Shown: positions 39,524 through 54,514 of the stretch, piece by piece | Position numbering within the stretch: the stretch's first letter is position 1 | Layout: each line of letters begins with the position of its first letter | Assembly (NCBI GenBank): GCA_951406725.2 | Contig: OX597826.1 | Location: 82,088,001-82,152,000 of the forward strand | Length of the DNA: 64,000 nucleotides | Direction: 5' to 3' | Source of the DNA: Octopus vulgaris | Taxonomy: Eukaryota | Notes under the pieces: generated by a model | The model's database searches: none | The model's input: only the letters and a program-made list of their open reading frames with translations | What the model was told of the DNA's origin: nothing | Made by a program: the position numbers and the translations under genes

Positions 39524-41607
39524 GAGGAGGCCAAAATAGCACCAAGTAGTCTTTACACAAAATATGATCTAATTTACCATACAGTGTTCCCACTTTTTTA
39601 ACTTGATATCATAACATACAAACAAATATTTATTACTATTCCTCTCGTCCAAAATTCCTTGGTATTTGGCCAGTTTTTGCTGACATGTTTTGCAGTGACT
39701 TCATCTAACAACTTGTGTTCCCTTAGTTCCATTTAAAATTTAGGTGCGATTTTCGATCTTCACAACCATAATATTCGCAGCTTTGCGTTCACCAGACAAG
39801 AAACATTATTACCAAAACGGATGCACTCTGCTTAAAATTCTAGTTTATGTAATTATAAGTAAAATGAGAAAACACGCTGAGGAGCTGCCAAAAGACATTC
39901 TTGAAATCGTGTGAACCAGTGACAAGGTCACTAGAACAAGCATCACGATATTCCTTTGCCAAAAATGACTTCTGAAACCAAATTGGAAATCATGTGTAAT
40001 TTTGACAAATCGAACCTGAATGATTGCCCGACTAGCGAAAAATAACCAGCCGAATAAATATACACGACCGGTTCTTATCGTGTACTCATGCAAGATAATG
40101 CAGGTTTTGCTAATGTAAATCGATTTGCAGTCAACTAAAGGATATGAGTTCAATTCCCAAATGCTACCTATTAGTTATCAGTGAAATGTAATACAGCGCA
40201 ATTTGTAATGTTATATACAAATTTTTTGTCGAATAGTAACATAGAATTAACTTAAATATACATGTATATAATTTCTTTATAAACGAAAATTCTATATGAA
40301 TTTCTATATGAAAACTCTATAGAATTCTAAATTCTAAATTATGGCTGACTTTCTAACATAATTAATATTATAAATTAGCAATGCTGGTTTCCCATTTCTG
40401 TCACGCTACAGCAACGTGGAAAGAGAAGAGACTGGGAAAGAGAGAAGGAATGTATTATACACAGGCGTGGATAACAAAACTAGAAAATTTTCAGAACGAT
40501 ATTGAGTGAATGAGGATGAGAAATAGCCTGCAAGCAGGACGAGTAATCAGGCAAGAACGGAAAGTGAAATGAAGAAAGGGATGGAAGAAAGCCACGAAGG
40601 TATAAGATAGAGTACAGCTACGAGAGAATAAGAAAGAACTTTACAATAATGAGTGGGTGTTCGAGAGGTGACGTTAGAAAAAGAAAAGTATAGGGTGAGG
40701 ACGAATGATAGAAATACTACGAGAGAAAAAACTGGAAGAGACAACTTCAATTGAAAAGAATTTATTGCAAGTCAAAGAAATTCTATGGCTCAGGCTACCC
40801 AACTTGGACTTCAGCAGACAAAGAATATCACAGGAAGAATTTGTGACTTTGTGAGAATAAAGGTTGAATGTAACTCGACTGATTTTTATCAGAGCCATGA
40901 TATCAGATGTGTTCAATTCTGGATTGACGACGGTAACGGTTTTCATGATCCTGGTGAATGGTGACATTGCTGGTGAGAGAGGCAGTGGTAGAGCTTAGGT
41001 TGGTGGTTGACGAGGGCGGTGGCGATGTTGGTGAACAGTGTGCGGGTGGTGGTGGTTGGGGTTGCTTTTGGCTGAGGGTGGGGATACTTGCTTATCAACG
41101 TACAGAGAGGATGATAATAGTAAAAACGGTGCAGATGGGGTGGCTACTGATAGATAATGCGTGTGTGGTAGGGGTATTAGTAGTAGTGGTAGAGAAAGGA
41201 TGGAGAGATAAAGTGGTGGACATTGGGATGTGTGTGATAGTGTGTTGGGTTGGGGAGGTTGGGTCACTTTGTTGTGGTAGCAACAATTCGGGTTACTGAG
41301 TGCACGGAGAGGAGATGATGTTTATATGGAAGGATACTGCTCGGTTTTGTTGTTCAGGTTTTTGGTTTTCGGTGATTATATAAGTGTGTGTGTGTGGTGT
41401 AGGTATTGTGCGTGTGTATATATATATCTGTAAAGTTAAAAACACAATGAATGCCCAAACAAACGGGAAATAGACGCAGAAGGTCGCAACTCAGCATTTA
41501 GCGGCCAGAGGGTCAAACGCACATAAATATATGTGTATATATATACACACACACACGCGTACCCACTCACAGACACAGACACGGGCTCTCTCTCTCTCTC
41601 TCCCACA

Positions 41608-41652
<45 letters not shown>

Positions 41653-43574
41653 ATGTATGTCAGTTTACTTCACAGAAATGACTGAAAAGACCCACAGTTG
41701 AGAGGAAAAATCGACTGCGTGATATTTCTTCGGCATGGAAGTGCAGTCAGTCCTTTGGCGTTGTCGTCGCCGCTAGAAACGTGGTGGATCATTGATGGAT
41801 CTGTTTCAGTTGGGAATATTTAAGCAAGGATACTATTGTTCACTAATTGAGAAATAATTAATTAATCAGAATTAACACATAATTAAAGGAGGTGAGTGAC
41901 TGGAGCTTTGCATAGAAGAACTTGCAGTATTCGTTGCATCCACTCACTGCTCTGGGTTTGATACATGCTAACGTCAATTTCACCTTCCATCGTTTATTTG
42001 TAGATAAATAAAGTACCAACCAAGAGGTAGGCTTCATTCTCTCCCCACCCTCAGTTCCTCCTCCCCCTCCCCCTCCTGAAAGATGTTGGCTGAGATCAGA
42101 CCAGGAAACCAAAGGACTCAACCGGCTTTAAAATGTCAGACACACCGTATCTCATAAAGCCATCTCTGCGACTGCCATTGGGCTTGAAAGCCCAAGGCAA
42201 GGCAAAGTTTTTATTTAACTGAGACGATTTCAAGGAAACCGCCTGGTCACTGGTCGCCCGATCGGCTTACAATAACAGCTAAATCTTACTCATATCACTT
42301 ATTCTTAATCTCAAACAACAACGCATCAAACAATATATATAAGCGTAGAAGTAGTAGTAATGATAATAATCATAATAATAATGTATGTATGTGCACACAC
42401 ACACATATCTATCTATCTATCTATCTATCACCTACCTATTTATACACACATACACACACACATTAGAAGAGAAAAACTATTTCAAGAGCTTTATGTAAGA
42501 ATTAATATAAATGCTGAAACGATACGTAGGAAGAATATTTGAAGATTTGATTGTATAAGGTGTGTGCGTGTGTGATGGTTGTATACATGTGGGTACATGG
42601 GTGTGTTCACAAAGTGTTTGAAATAACAGCCATTTACATTACAGCACATTAACACCAGTAACTAAAAGTGTTTTCTTTTGTTTTTTTCTTTTACCGAAAT
42701 CCTACTGAAACCTTTCTCTGCAAACCATAAATTACAAGAAGCTACTTAAGAAGCAATTTTAAAATCGCTTTTTCATTACAGAGATTTGTATGCAAACATT
42801 AGCAAATCTTAAAGTTTTTGAAACTAAAATCGCATCTTTCTCACCAAAATATTTCTAATTATAGGTGCGGCCCCCACCCAGACGTGTGGCCTTGTGGAAA
42901 TAAATCGTGCGGAAGTAAGTCGCAAGACCAATTATAGTTACAGACATCTACAAATTTACACACACACACGGTTCCCATTAAACAGGTTTTGTAATGTAAC
43001 TAATGATTTGGTTTGTTGTTTTACTCATCTCTTCACCGAATTCCCATGGAAGCAATTTAGACTTGTTAACATTTATAACCAATAAAATACATCCACAAAA
43101 ACAAAACATCTTTCTTTCAACAAATGTCTTCTTCGCTGTTATTATTCTGGACGTTAAATAGAAATAAGCGTCAGAACTAACGCTTAATGACCAAAGCTGC
43201 AGGAATTCGAACAACAGGCACGAGTGAAAGTTTATTCAAAATTATGCAAGATCCTTTTTGATTCATTGAAATCATCTTGGCTTGAAAGAGAAGAGGAGTC
43301 AGCCTGAAGAATCATGAATTATCCTGAGTGGACATTCTGTTTGTCTGAAGATGTGAGGAAAGCTTTGTAAGCTGTGCCTTTGTCTCAAATGGCATCATCC
43401 GCACAGCGATTGTCTTACCTTCGTTCGAACAGCCGAACGCATATACAAAAAGAACATTTATGGCCGAGGCAGACTTGCAGAATTAAAACGACGACCACCA
43501 CCACCACCACCACCAACACCATACATGTATAATGCATGAGTATATTTATATCTTCATATATATGTGTGTGTGTG

Positions 43575-43606
<32 letters not shown>

Positions 43607-44170
43607 CTCATATGTATTTATATATATATATATGTGTGTGGGTGGGTGTATGTATGCATGTATATATATATATATATATATATATAAATACATATATAAA
43701 TATAAACATACACATATACATACACACATATACATACGCATATGAACACACATATACATACATAAATACAGGGGGCGGAGAGGTAAATATATGGAAAGAT
43801 AAAAAGATGGCTACGCAGACAGTTGTATAGATAGATATTTCAATTGAGCGTTTCGGTATTTGTCCATGTTTGTGCGTCCATTGATATAAAGGGATTAAAA
43901 GAGAGTTGCATGTATATATATTTATACACACGCACTGTATATAGGCATTGAATATTAAAATCAGTTGGTTGAACTGACCAGATCAAAGATTCCCAGAATA
44001 TCATTGTAAAGAAGACTAAAGCCAGAGAGGAAACAAACCAACAGGAAGATAATATATATAGTGTGTGTGTGTGCGCGCGCGTGTTTATACACATCCATCC
44101 ATCTGACTGTCTGTCTGTCTGTCTGTGTATCTATCTATCTGTTTGACTGCCTATGTGTGTGTGTGTGTGT

Positions 44171-44497
44171 GTGAAGGCGTGTGGCTTTGTGGTTAGGGCA
44201 TGCGGCTCACGATCGCAAGGTCGTGAGTTCAATTCCTGGCGGCGCGTTGCGTCCTTAACCAAGACACTTCATTTCACATTGTTCCAGCCCACTCAGCTGG
44301 CAAAAATGAGTTGTACCTGTATTTCAAAGAGTCCAGTCTGTGTCACACTTTGTGTCACGCTGAATCTCCCTGAGAACTACGTTAAGGGTACACGTGTCTG
44401 TGGAGTGCTCAGTCACTTCCACGTTAATTTCACGAGCAAGCTGTTCCGTTGATCGTATCTGCTGGGACACTCGTCGTCGTAACCGACGGAGTGCTCC
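44171..44497 (+). mobile_element. tRNA-derived SINE family B, full length
   Basis: A-box TGGCTTTGTGG and B-box AGTTCAATTCC. Body shared with 19710-20035. Confidence 0.92.
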
Positions 44498-44512
44498 TAT
44501 GTATATATATAG

Positions 44513-44562
<50 letters not shown>

Positions 44563-46247
44563 GTAACGCATAGTTATAATATGCGCTGACACTAATACAC
44601 TCTAATAGATAAGCACACACACACATATATACACGCACATACACTAACTCACACTAACATACACCCACACTAACATACACCCACATTGACATATATCAAC
44701 TTATTCACTTGCACAAGCTACAAGACACATACACAAGCAACTAGAGATTAGGTGGTCCTCGGTCATTCAAGTGGCTAGAAATAGCAGCCAAATCTCTTCA
44801 CTAACTTCCATTTCACCATTTTTGGAGCAATGGAATGACCTACTGTAAATGACATATTGTTTGAAAAGAAGAGATGGTCATCTTTTCGATCACAGTTGAT
44901 CTTGACTTTAAAATGACATAAATACAAACACACACACATACATACATACACACACTCACTCACTCAGTCACTCTCACTCACTTATTTGTTGACTTTGATC
45001 CAAGAAATGAGGGAGAGAAAATCTAATACATATTGAAAAGTATATGACTTTATATTGAATTCCATTGTCACAACTCAAGTTTCATTGCAGTGCGTTCTTC
45101 GCCCTTAATCAAATGGCAAGCGAAGTCCTAGAAAGTGAAGATTTCTAATCATAGCGATGTTGGACGTCTTGAAAGCAAAACTCAAAACAAGAAGACCACA
45201 AAAGACAGGTTCGTGCGTGGATCCTGTTTTTGAAGCTCCATCCACAAAGTATTGGGCAACATAAAGCCCATTCAGGCGATGTGTCTGCTATGCAGAGGAA
45301 TCAAACACAGAGCCAAGGAGAACCGAAATTCTTGTTAACACAACTCTGTCTGGGCCCATATTATAATGTATTTTTTTAAAAATAGCTATAAAAGAGGATG
45401 ATGGGTAATTATTTATGACCTTTGAGAGAAAACGTTTATAAATCCTCAAGGAAAGTACGTATGATGTTTGAGAGCAAGCATCTGTGACTTGCAGGGCAGG
45501 CACTTGTGACCTTTGATGGCAGTACCTGTGACCTACAGACATTCCTCTTGAAAGTCGTCTGTAGGTCAAACCTCTGCAGGAAAAGCGAGGACGGCAAACA
45601 AACTTAACAAGATTGCAGCTCTAGGGAGGAAGGTCTGGGTAAGTATTTTGTGCACTCTCTAGACGAAATAATGTTAAGCAGCGAAGAGGAAATATGTAGA
45701 GAGGGGACAGGGTGTATCCTGGGTAGAGAGGGGTAGCTATGCATGTATATTATGAGCATATGTGACTATATGCATGTGTGCATATTTAATTTTATATTTT
45801 GAATTCTCCTGTAAAACTAAAAAAGACGAAAGAACTAAAGTTTCAGTGCTGAACAGAGAGGACAACAACGGCGAAGCAATTGCCTGTTCACCTTTTATTG
45901 GTTTCATTATTGTATCCTAACAAAAGGAGGGGGAGGCGAGCTGATCGAAGTGTTAGTAGGTCGGAGAAAACGCTTAGGCCTTGTGCATATATTAATAATA
46001 GTAAGGATTATTGTACACCAATAAGTAGAAATAGGAAAATGTAAGAGCAGTTGTAGATTTCTAAGCAATTGTCCCCATATATTTTCACTGATTTTGATTG
46101 AGATCTTCGCAACTGAAGGGCAGCAAACTCTCCCCTTCCCGACAGTACGTTTTATTTTAATAAACCTTCTGGACGAAAGAACTAAATTATGCCTGTTCTA
46201 CTATTTGTATTGGGCAGAAAATTTCATGTAATACACATCTATATATA

Positions 46248-47022
46248 CAAGGTCTGCTCAATAAATATCCAAACTGTTGCCATAGTAACAAAGCTAAAGC
46301 AAGCAGAGTAAAGCTGCTTGACACAGAGCGACGTTGAACTTTGGTGTGCATGCGCACTAAGTTGTAACGTTTTATCTCACTTCCGCTGTCTAGAGCAGTG
46401 CTTGGAATGAAGGTGTGTAACGTGTGATCGTCGCATTAACCATGAAGTTGTCATGGTGACGCAAAGTTGCAGATAGTGTATGGATACGTAACCAGCAAAA
46501 CTGAGAAAAGCATCGCAGATGGGCGTGCAGCGGAGAGGAGAAATCGTCGAATCAACACCTGTGAGTTATCAGAGGATGTGCATATTAGTTGCGGTTCAGT
46601 TCAGGTCATTTTCACTGAAGTTCTGGGTATGAAACGCGTGTCTGTCATGTTTGCGCCAAAACTGCTTTCAGCTGACCAGAAAGACACTCGGGATTCAGTT
46701 GCACAAAGTCTCCTTAATTGTGTCGAGAACGATGAAAACTTTTTGAAAACTTTGAGTAGGAGTCTGAGCAGGAATCGCCAAGCTTTTGGCAAAATTTGAT
46801 GCAGATTCTTCGCTCAACTTTCTGTCATGGTCAATGTGACCATCACACACAACACACCTTCCTTCTAAGCTCTGCTGTAAATAGCGGAAGTCAGTTAGGG
46901 CGTTAAAACTTAGTGTGCAGGCACAGCCGAGTTTAAGGTCGATAAGTGCCAAGCGGCTTTACTTTGTGTGCTTTAGCCTCGTTACTATGGCAAAAGTCCG
47001 GATACTTATTGATCAGACTACG
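46248..47022 (+). mobile_element. Mariner deletion derivative with ~200-bp TIRs and TA TSD
   Basis: TA|CAAGGTCTGCTCAATAAATATCC ... GGATACTTATTGATCAGACTACG|TA. Inverted similarity extends about 46248-46445 versus 46825-47022. Confidence 0.9.
46510..46752 (+). pseudogene. Mariner transposase fragment (second HTH and WVPxxL-type linker)
   Basis: NRRINTCELSEDVHISCGSVQVIFTEVLGMKRVSVMFAPKLLSADQKDTRDSVAQSLLNCVENDENFLK. Ends before the first catalytic Asp motif (TGDE). Confidence 0.85.
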
Positions 47023-48010
47023 TACTCAAAAAAAGAAATATATTTATCCTAAGGGACAGAGAATTGTTTTAACACACGACCATGTTGAAATGGAACACAG
47101 TAGAGAAAGAACAGCTTTAGACAGTCTCCAATCAAGTGTAAAACTGTGCACAACTATTTGATATTTTTGATCACAGCCCGGGAGTTGAAGCATTTCAAGA
47201 AGAGGGGTTTGGGATGGAACTGTCTCCTACTTTCGGATGATAAATTCTTGAAAAATGTACTTCAATGTATGTAACGTTCCCATTTGTAGAGTTGTCTTGG
47301 TTTCATTTTACGAATTTCTCCGAAGGAAAAGAGCTTCTCTCCAAGCTACAAACACAATTCATTGAAGGGAATTGAGAGATCAGTTATATATGTGTGTATG
47401 TATGTATATGCATGTATGTATGTATTGTATTGTATGCATGTAGGTATGTACGCATGTATGTGCATGTTTCTGTATGGGTGTATGCATGTCTGTTTGTCTG
47501 TATGTATGTATGTACACGTATGTGTATATATGTGCGTATGTATGTGTGCGCTTTTAATTAGTTAAATTAGTGACTAATTTTTAACACAGATACATAGCTC
47601 CGTCGTTGGACAGTAGATGAGAAAACAATGTCACATATTGACGAGTTTGGGGTTGATTGAGGGCTGTTTCTGAAAACGCCTGCTTCTTTCAAGTTGTTGC
47701 TTTGACATTTATTAAGGAAGCCATGTGCCACAGAGTACAAATGTGAATAAGGCTTCGAAGCAGCTTGTTCATGCTTAGTCTTTCTCTCTTTGCTTTTCTA
47801 AGAGGTGTTCTAGTCAACTAGACAGCTGATCTCTATAACGGTACATACTTTGTTCTCCCATTTGCTGCATTTACAAACTGGTAGAAGCGTTCATGGGAAT
47901 TGAACCATTAACATTTCTTGTCTTCATGTTCTGTAACAAGTGGGACTCTGTATTTATTGCAGGACAGTATTTTTTAAATTTTATTTTGGAGGATATTGTT
48001 TATTCTTTAA

Positions 48011-48254
48011 ATCTTTTATTTGTCATGAGACTACGACCACGCTGGGGCACCGCCTTGAAGAATTTTTAGTAGAATGAATCGACCTCAGGACTTGTTTTTT
48101 AAGCCTGGTACTTATTATATCGGTCACTTTTGCCGAACTGCTAGATGACAGGGACGTAAACGCCAGCACCGATTGTCAAGCAGTAATCTCACACACACAC
48201 ACGCACGCACGCACACGCACGCACGCACACGCACGCACGCACACGCACGCACGC

Positions 48255-48300
<46 letters not shown>

Positions 48301-48436
48301 GGCTTCTTTCGGTTTCCGTCTACTAAATCCATTCACAAGACGATCCGAGACTATAGTAGAAAGTTGCCACACAGTGTGACTGAACTCGGAACCATGTGGT
48401 TAGGAAGCAAATTTCTTACCATGCAGCTACACCCAC
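48011..48436 (-). mobile_element. SINE family A (diverged subfamily)
   Basis: Reverse complement of the family A tail, body and head with an internal (CA)n/(CGCA)n array. Confidence 0.85.
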
Positions 48437-48446
48437 CCCTCTAGTT

Positions 48447-48730
48447 TTAGTCACAACGTCGTGTGGCATAGGGAGGGAAGTCCCTTGATATTTTGGGGCG
48501 ACTGTTCATCACGTGTATGATGTCTTCCACAGAAGTGTGACACAATCGACATGTTCGTTCGCTTCTTGAGGCTCCAAGCGCTTCACTGTCTGTTGTTCCG
48601 TTGGTATTTTGTAGCAATCCCCAGCTCTTGGACAGCAAACGCTTAGCGTCTCGAAATGTAGCAGACGCGAGTCCAAGAAACACCAGGCACCATGTCGATA
48701 TCATTGTTATTTCAAAGCCTTCGGGAATTA
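48447..48730 (-). pseudogene. Restriction-like-endonuclease LINE (R4/NeSL/R2 group) C-terminal zinc-knuckle fragment
   Basis: CRLCHTSVEDIIHVMNSRPKIS..RRCD matches CRxC..E.xxHI.xxC..RHD with the last Cys and the His decayed. Upstream EGF motif present. Confidence 0.65.
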
Positions 48731-48989
48731 TATACAAATTCACAATCTTTGCTGAGCGTTTCACGGATGCTCCACCTTTGTAAAGGAAACCTTTTACAAA
48801 CGATGGCGTATCTGTGTGGTCACTGGATCTGGTACAATTAGCAATAGAATAACTTTCCAAATACGTAAACGACAGGATGGTCGTTAGTGGAGAGACTTTT
48901 ATTGTCGTAATCCTACTTGAATTGTGTTGTCGTGAAACAAAAGAAACAGAACAACAGCATCACCATCATCATCAACAAAAACAACAACA

Positions 48990-49046
<57 letters not shown>

Positions 49047-51047
49047 ACAACTACAACAACTACTGATGCTGTGATTACTACTATAAGAAAAAGAAGTTCC
49101 GAGAATGAACCAAAAATTAGTGTTTGTAGCCTGAAGGATATATGAGTTGGTGAATGGATCAGAAAGAAAGGAGGGATTTGATAATGGGGAAATGGAGTCA
49201 AGGAACTGTTTAAGGATGATGGAATTGGGTGAGAGGAGAATAAGAAACTGTATTCAGTTTATTTTATATTGCAACGTTGTTTACCGGTTTCCATCCGACC
49301 TCAATCATTAGTTTACTGCCTTTCCAACAGAGAAAGGAACTTGATAGACTTCGTTCGAAGAGAACCGGTTTTCATGTCACCAAGAAGTAAAGAAGTGAGA
49401 CAGTAAGAAAGGAGGAACTCGAGAGGGAACAAATAAATGTTTCCGAAATTTGCTGAGAAACAGTAAAGATTATGGGAATGACGTAGAAACATCAATCGCA
49501 AACGACAAACGCACAATCTGTACGCGTGGGTGCACTTGCTGGAAAATATGTTGATAGTATAATAGAATATGTTGCACCGATATCTGCAAAACTACATGCA
49601 CACATGCAGAGCGTTCACGTACTTCACATTCACACAAATACGCATTCTACGCACACAAAAATACACATACATAGTTACGTACACCAACATAGATTCATAA
49701 ATTTAAATACACATTCATACACTCGTACAACCTACAAATGCACTCATCTACGCATTCATACAAACATGTATACACACAGATGTGTATACTTGACGCAAGG
49801 AAATTAAAACCCCTTTTCGTCTTCGGTTTTGCATTTCTCTAACAACACCCAACAAATATGAAAGAGTCCTGGAATCGACATAATTTGGCTGATGCTGGTT
49901 TAATCTTATATCTCGGAGAGAATAGCGTCGGAAATATTCCGGCAAACTTTATATTTCGGAAAGTATAAACAGACGTTAAAAAACGCTACGTTGAAGTGAA
50001 TTCAAATGTGGCAGTTTAGAAGAATAGGTTTTGTGATTGAAGGACCCACTCGAAATATTCAATAACTAAACTCGAAACCACATTTGAATGAAAATAGCAT
50101 ATTAAAATTGCAATTTATGAATAAATTGTCTTCACATTTCTGATTTTAATAACAGAATTCTCTTAGTTAAGCTTCATTTTCTCAATTAATTAGTCTTGCT
50201 TTTAATTATATTAGAAATATGGAGACCAATGAAACTGAGAGAAGAATTCGAGGTACACACGAGCGCGCGCACGTATGCACACAGGCACTCTTAAAGACTT
50301 AATTGTGACTTCGAAGTGTCAATAGTGTTCGGCTTCGTGAAGATTTGGACTCTGTGTGATACGGCATTGTGGGATGGATCCCCAGAACACGTGGCTACAA
50401 AACAAACACTTTATAACAGCAGAAGCCGCCTGTGGGAGAGTGAAGGAAACGATGTATGTTTGCAAAGACTGATCACAGGTATTCCGTCCATGCAACTGGT
50501 GGAAATGGTTTGAAGGTGGCGTTACGGTTATTTGTAGCAGGTCAAACGATCAAGCAGTGGCCATTTCATGAGACGTGAGAATGAATAAGAATTGGAGGAG
50601 GGTGGGTTTTATGGAAGAGAAAGAATTAAGAGGAGGGGCATGGAGGCGGAAACGAAGATGGGAAAATGGGGAATAGAAGAAAGGGGAGGTGAAGGTAAAA
50701 TGAGTAGAGGAGCAAGCATTAAAGGGAGAAAGGGAGAAAGAGTGTGAGAGAGAGAAAGGGAGAATGGCAGAGAAGAGAGACTGGTGGAAAAAAGGATATA
50801 CGTAATGTGTAAACAAAATGGAGAGTGATATCAGACACACATAAGGAATGCAGGATGAGAGTGCTTGGGAAGTGTCGCTGGCAGTGGTTGGGAAGTGTCG
50901 CTGGCAGTGGCTCGTCAAATACATGCATACATACACAACCTGTTGTTGATGTTGAAATCCCAATGAAGGAGTCTTGGATCTAAGTTAGAAACCGGTTCTT
51001 AACCTTTTGAAGGGAAATCTTGAAATAAACTGAATAGTGACATGCAC

Positions 51048-51114
<67 letters not shown>

Positions 51115-51350
51115 CTATCTACCTATCATTGATTAAACCTCGATAAGTTAAATATTTAAATCACCTCAACAATGACTGTAACCCGAAATTTTAAGAATTG
51201 GACAGCCATGAAACGATCGTAGTGTTATACTAATTATCTTTTTTTAATAATTTTGATATATATTTAAAATAATATAAATTAATTAATCTTATGTATTGGC
51301 TTGAGTTTTTCATTGTATGATTTGCCTAATAGTGGTTTTATCTCTAATTT

Positions 51351-51631
<281 letters not shown>

Positions 51632-53101
51632 CATTTTATGGTAGATTCTCTATTTCGATGTTAAACTTTGTGTCGTTCGCTGTGTTTGGATTCTCCTCGT
51701 GGAATTATTCGAATGTTTTGTGCCAACCGGAACGAAATAGTCTGGGTGACCCGAATGGTAGTACTTAAGAGGATCGATTGAAAAATTGAAAACCATGAAA
51801 GGAAGGGAAACGAAACACCCCGATACCTACAACCGGCTTCCCTAGTAGCCACCCTGACTTCCGTATTGGATGGTGGTGGTCGTGGTGGGACGAAAGAGAA
51901 GTGAAGAAGAAGAAAATATTTAACAATAGTGCTGCTACTGTATTTAAAGATGGAGGTAAAGATGTCTACGACGGACTTTGAACTTGCAACACAGGAATTA
52001 CGAACTTTCTAACCACGTGGCCGATTCCCCTTACGAGAAAGAAAAGGGAAAAAATATTGAGAATCTCTCTCTGTCTCGTTCTCTTGGGGAATGAGGGGGA
52101 GAGAGAGAGGAAGATGGAAAGTCTATAACGGGATAAGAGGGGGAGAGCGCATTTGGTAGTGTAGGAAGTAAGGAAGGAGGTAGGTGTGAGAGCATTGAAG
52201 GGGAGGAGTGAGTGAGAGTAAGAGTGTCAGCATCAGACGAGTTGAATTGATCATTTCGTTGATGGAAGAAGCGTCCTTGAAATTTGGCAGTGGTTTGTGT
52301 GTGTGTGAGTGTGTTTATGTATGTGTGAGTGTGTGTCTGTACGTTGTGTATGTGTGTTGTGTGTGTGTGTCTGTACGTTGTGTGTGTGTGTGTGTGTGTG
52401 TGTGTTGTGTGTGTGTTGTGTGTGTGTGTGTGTCTGTACGTTATGTGTGTGTGTGTTATGGGTGTGTGTGTGTGTGTGACTGCTGTATATCTGTATATCT
52501 CACAAGTGTTTGTGTGTGTGTGTGTGTATATGTCTGAGTGTGTGTGTGTGTGTGTGTGTGACTGCTGAATATTTGTACATTTCGTAAATGTGTGAGGGTG
52601 TGTATGTGTGTGTGTGTGACTGCTGTATATCTCGTGTGTGTGTGTGTGCGTAAGCGGCTGACTCTGTGCATTTGTGTGTGCGTGATAAGTTTTGTGTGTG
52701 TAATTCAGTCTCATTGCCCGATGTATGTATTTATGTGTCCGTGTGTCGGTGCCTCTCAAATGCATGTTTTCTTCTACGCGCGCGCGCGCATGTGTATCTG
52801 TGGGTGAGTTTGTGTGTGTGTGTGTGTATGTTAGAGAGCATGCGTGTGTGTCTGTATGTGTGTGTAGCGGGGGGAGGAAGGGGAGCACGTGTGTGTGTGT
52901 GTGTGTGCAATATCAGTTGTAGCGTAGTTCCGGAACAATAGGGCGTTGGTTTGAGGGAAGCCTGGTTACTCTTTCTACCAGGATTAGATACCTGCAGGAG
53001 CTTAGCTTTCCGGCAGTGCGTATTCTGGGTTGGGGATGGGGGTGGTGGTTACTGTCCCATTGCTGGGCGTGTGATATCCTCACAGCCGTTACGTCTGTCT
53101 G

Positions 53102-53162
<61 letters not shown>

Positions 53163-53246
53163 ATGTCTGTCTGTCTGTCTGTCTGCTTGTCTGTCTATGT
53201 GTCTGTGTTTGTATGTATATATTTGTATATATGTATATATATATAT

Positions 53247-53370
53247 CCTTCTGCTGAAGAGCATAGGCTCGAAACGTAAAAGACTTTCTCACTTTCCCGA
53301 GCGTTAAACTAATACACCTGCTTGTTGTTTATACACCTGTCTTCGTCTTTTATTTTTCTGTAAATTCCAA
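53247..53370 (+). mobile_element. H2 mini-element, 5'-truncated at hammerhead stem I
   Basis: CCTT-CTGCTGA-A-GAGC-ATAG-GCTC-GAAACGTA-AAAG then the H2 tail. (TA)n on both sides. Confidence 0.82.
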
Positions 53371-53386
53371 TCAAATATATATATAT

Positions 53387-53722
53387 TCTTCCCAACTGCA
53401 TTGTTCTGGGTTCAGTCCCACTGCGTGGCACCTTCGGCAAGTGTCTTCTACTGTAGCCGCGGGCTCATTAAAGTCTTGTGAGTGAATTTGGTCGACAGAA
53501 GCTGAAAGAAGTGTGTATCTGTGTATGTGTTTGGGTCAGTGTTCGTTCCCCCATCACCACTTAAGAACCGATGTTGTTCCCCGAATCTCAGCGGTTCGAC
53601 AAAAATAACCGATGGAATAAGTATTAGAGTTAAGAAATAAGTCATGGAGTCAATTTGTTCGACGAAAATCCTCGAAGGCGGTGCTCCAGCATGACCACAG
53701 TCAAATGACTGAAACAAGTAAA
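53387..53722 (+). mobile_element. SINE family A, head truncated
   Basis: GGGTTCAGTCCCACTGCGTGGCACCTT.. through to CAAATGACTGAAACAAGTAAA. Confidence 0.88.
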
Positions 53723-54244
53723 AGGATACAACAACATATATATATGTGTGTGTGTGTGTGTTTGTATGTATGCGCATGCGCGGGTGATACTGAAAGTGTG
53801 GAATGTTTGTGATGGGGGTGGGGTATATTGAGCTATAACGCTCGGGATAAAGAAAGGAAAAGGTACAAGAGAGACTTAGGAAGAGAGAGAGAGAGAGAGA
53901 GAGAGAGGGGGAAAGAGGAAAGCAGAGAGAGAGAGAGGGAGAGAGAGGGTGAGTGAAAGAGAGAGAAGGAATTTTGGGGGGTCGGGACAAAAGTGGGGCA
54001 CAGCAACGTGAAGGGCTTGACGTGAAGCCGATCTTCTGTGCTAGGGAATGTTCAAGTTACCCTTTGACAACAAGGGACATAACTCGATGCATTCTTTGAC
54101 ACCGGTAAAAGCAAAAACCACACACATACATAAGCACACAAAACACAACACAAACACACACACAAATGTACACTTACTTATATAATTCACTATGTGTGTG
54201 TGAATATATATATGTGAATGTATCTCCCCTCCTCTCTCTCTCTC

Positions 54245-54275
<31 letters not shown>

Positions 54276-54449
54276 GGGGGGGCTTGCATACAATGACTGG
54301 GCACTTAATTCTATTCTTAAGAGCACTTGTTGAATGGGAGGCTGCGCCGCAAATGCTCAAGTTGAGTGGCGTTCTGTGGGATTGAATTCGGAAGCGATGG
54401 ATGTGAAATGAAATGAACTTCAGATGGCGAAAAGTTTGGCTGTTCTTAT

Positions 54450-54514
<65 letters not shown>

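Noticed and set aside
39965-40010. MTSETKLEIMCNFDK resembling a Tigger/pogo N-terminal HTH
   Set aside because: Too short, and no TIRs or downstream domain were found.
40674-40967. 97-aa non-repetitive minus-strand ORF
   Set aside because: No recognisable motif or splice signals. Possibly retroelement debris but unsupported.
37415-50910. Short exact tandem duplications (18 bp at 37415-37450, 23 bp at 50865-50910)
   Set aside because: Two units only with no spacers, consistent with ordinary slippage duplications.
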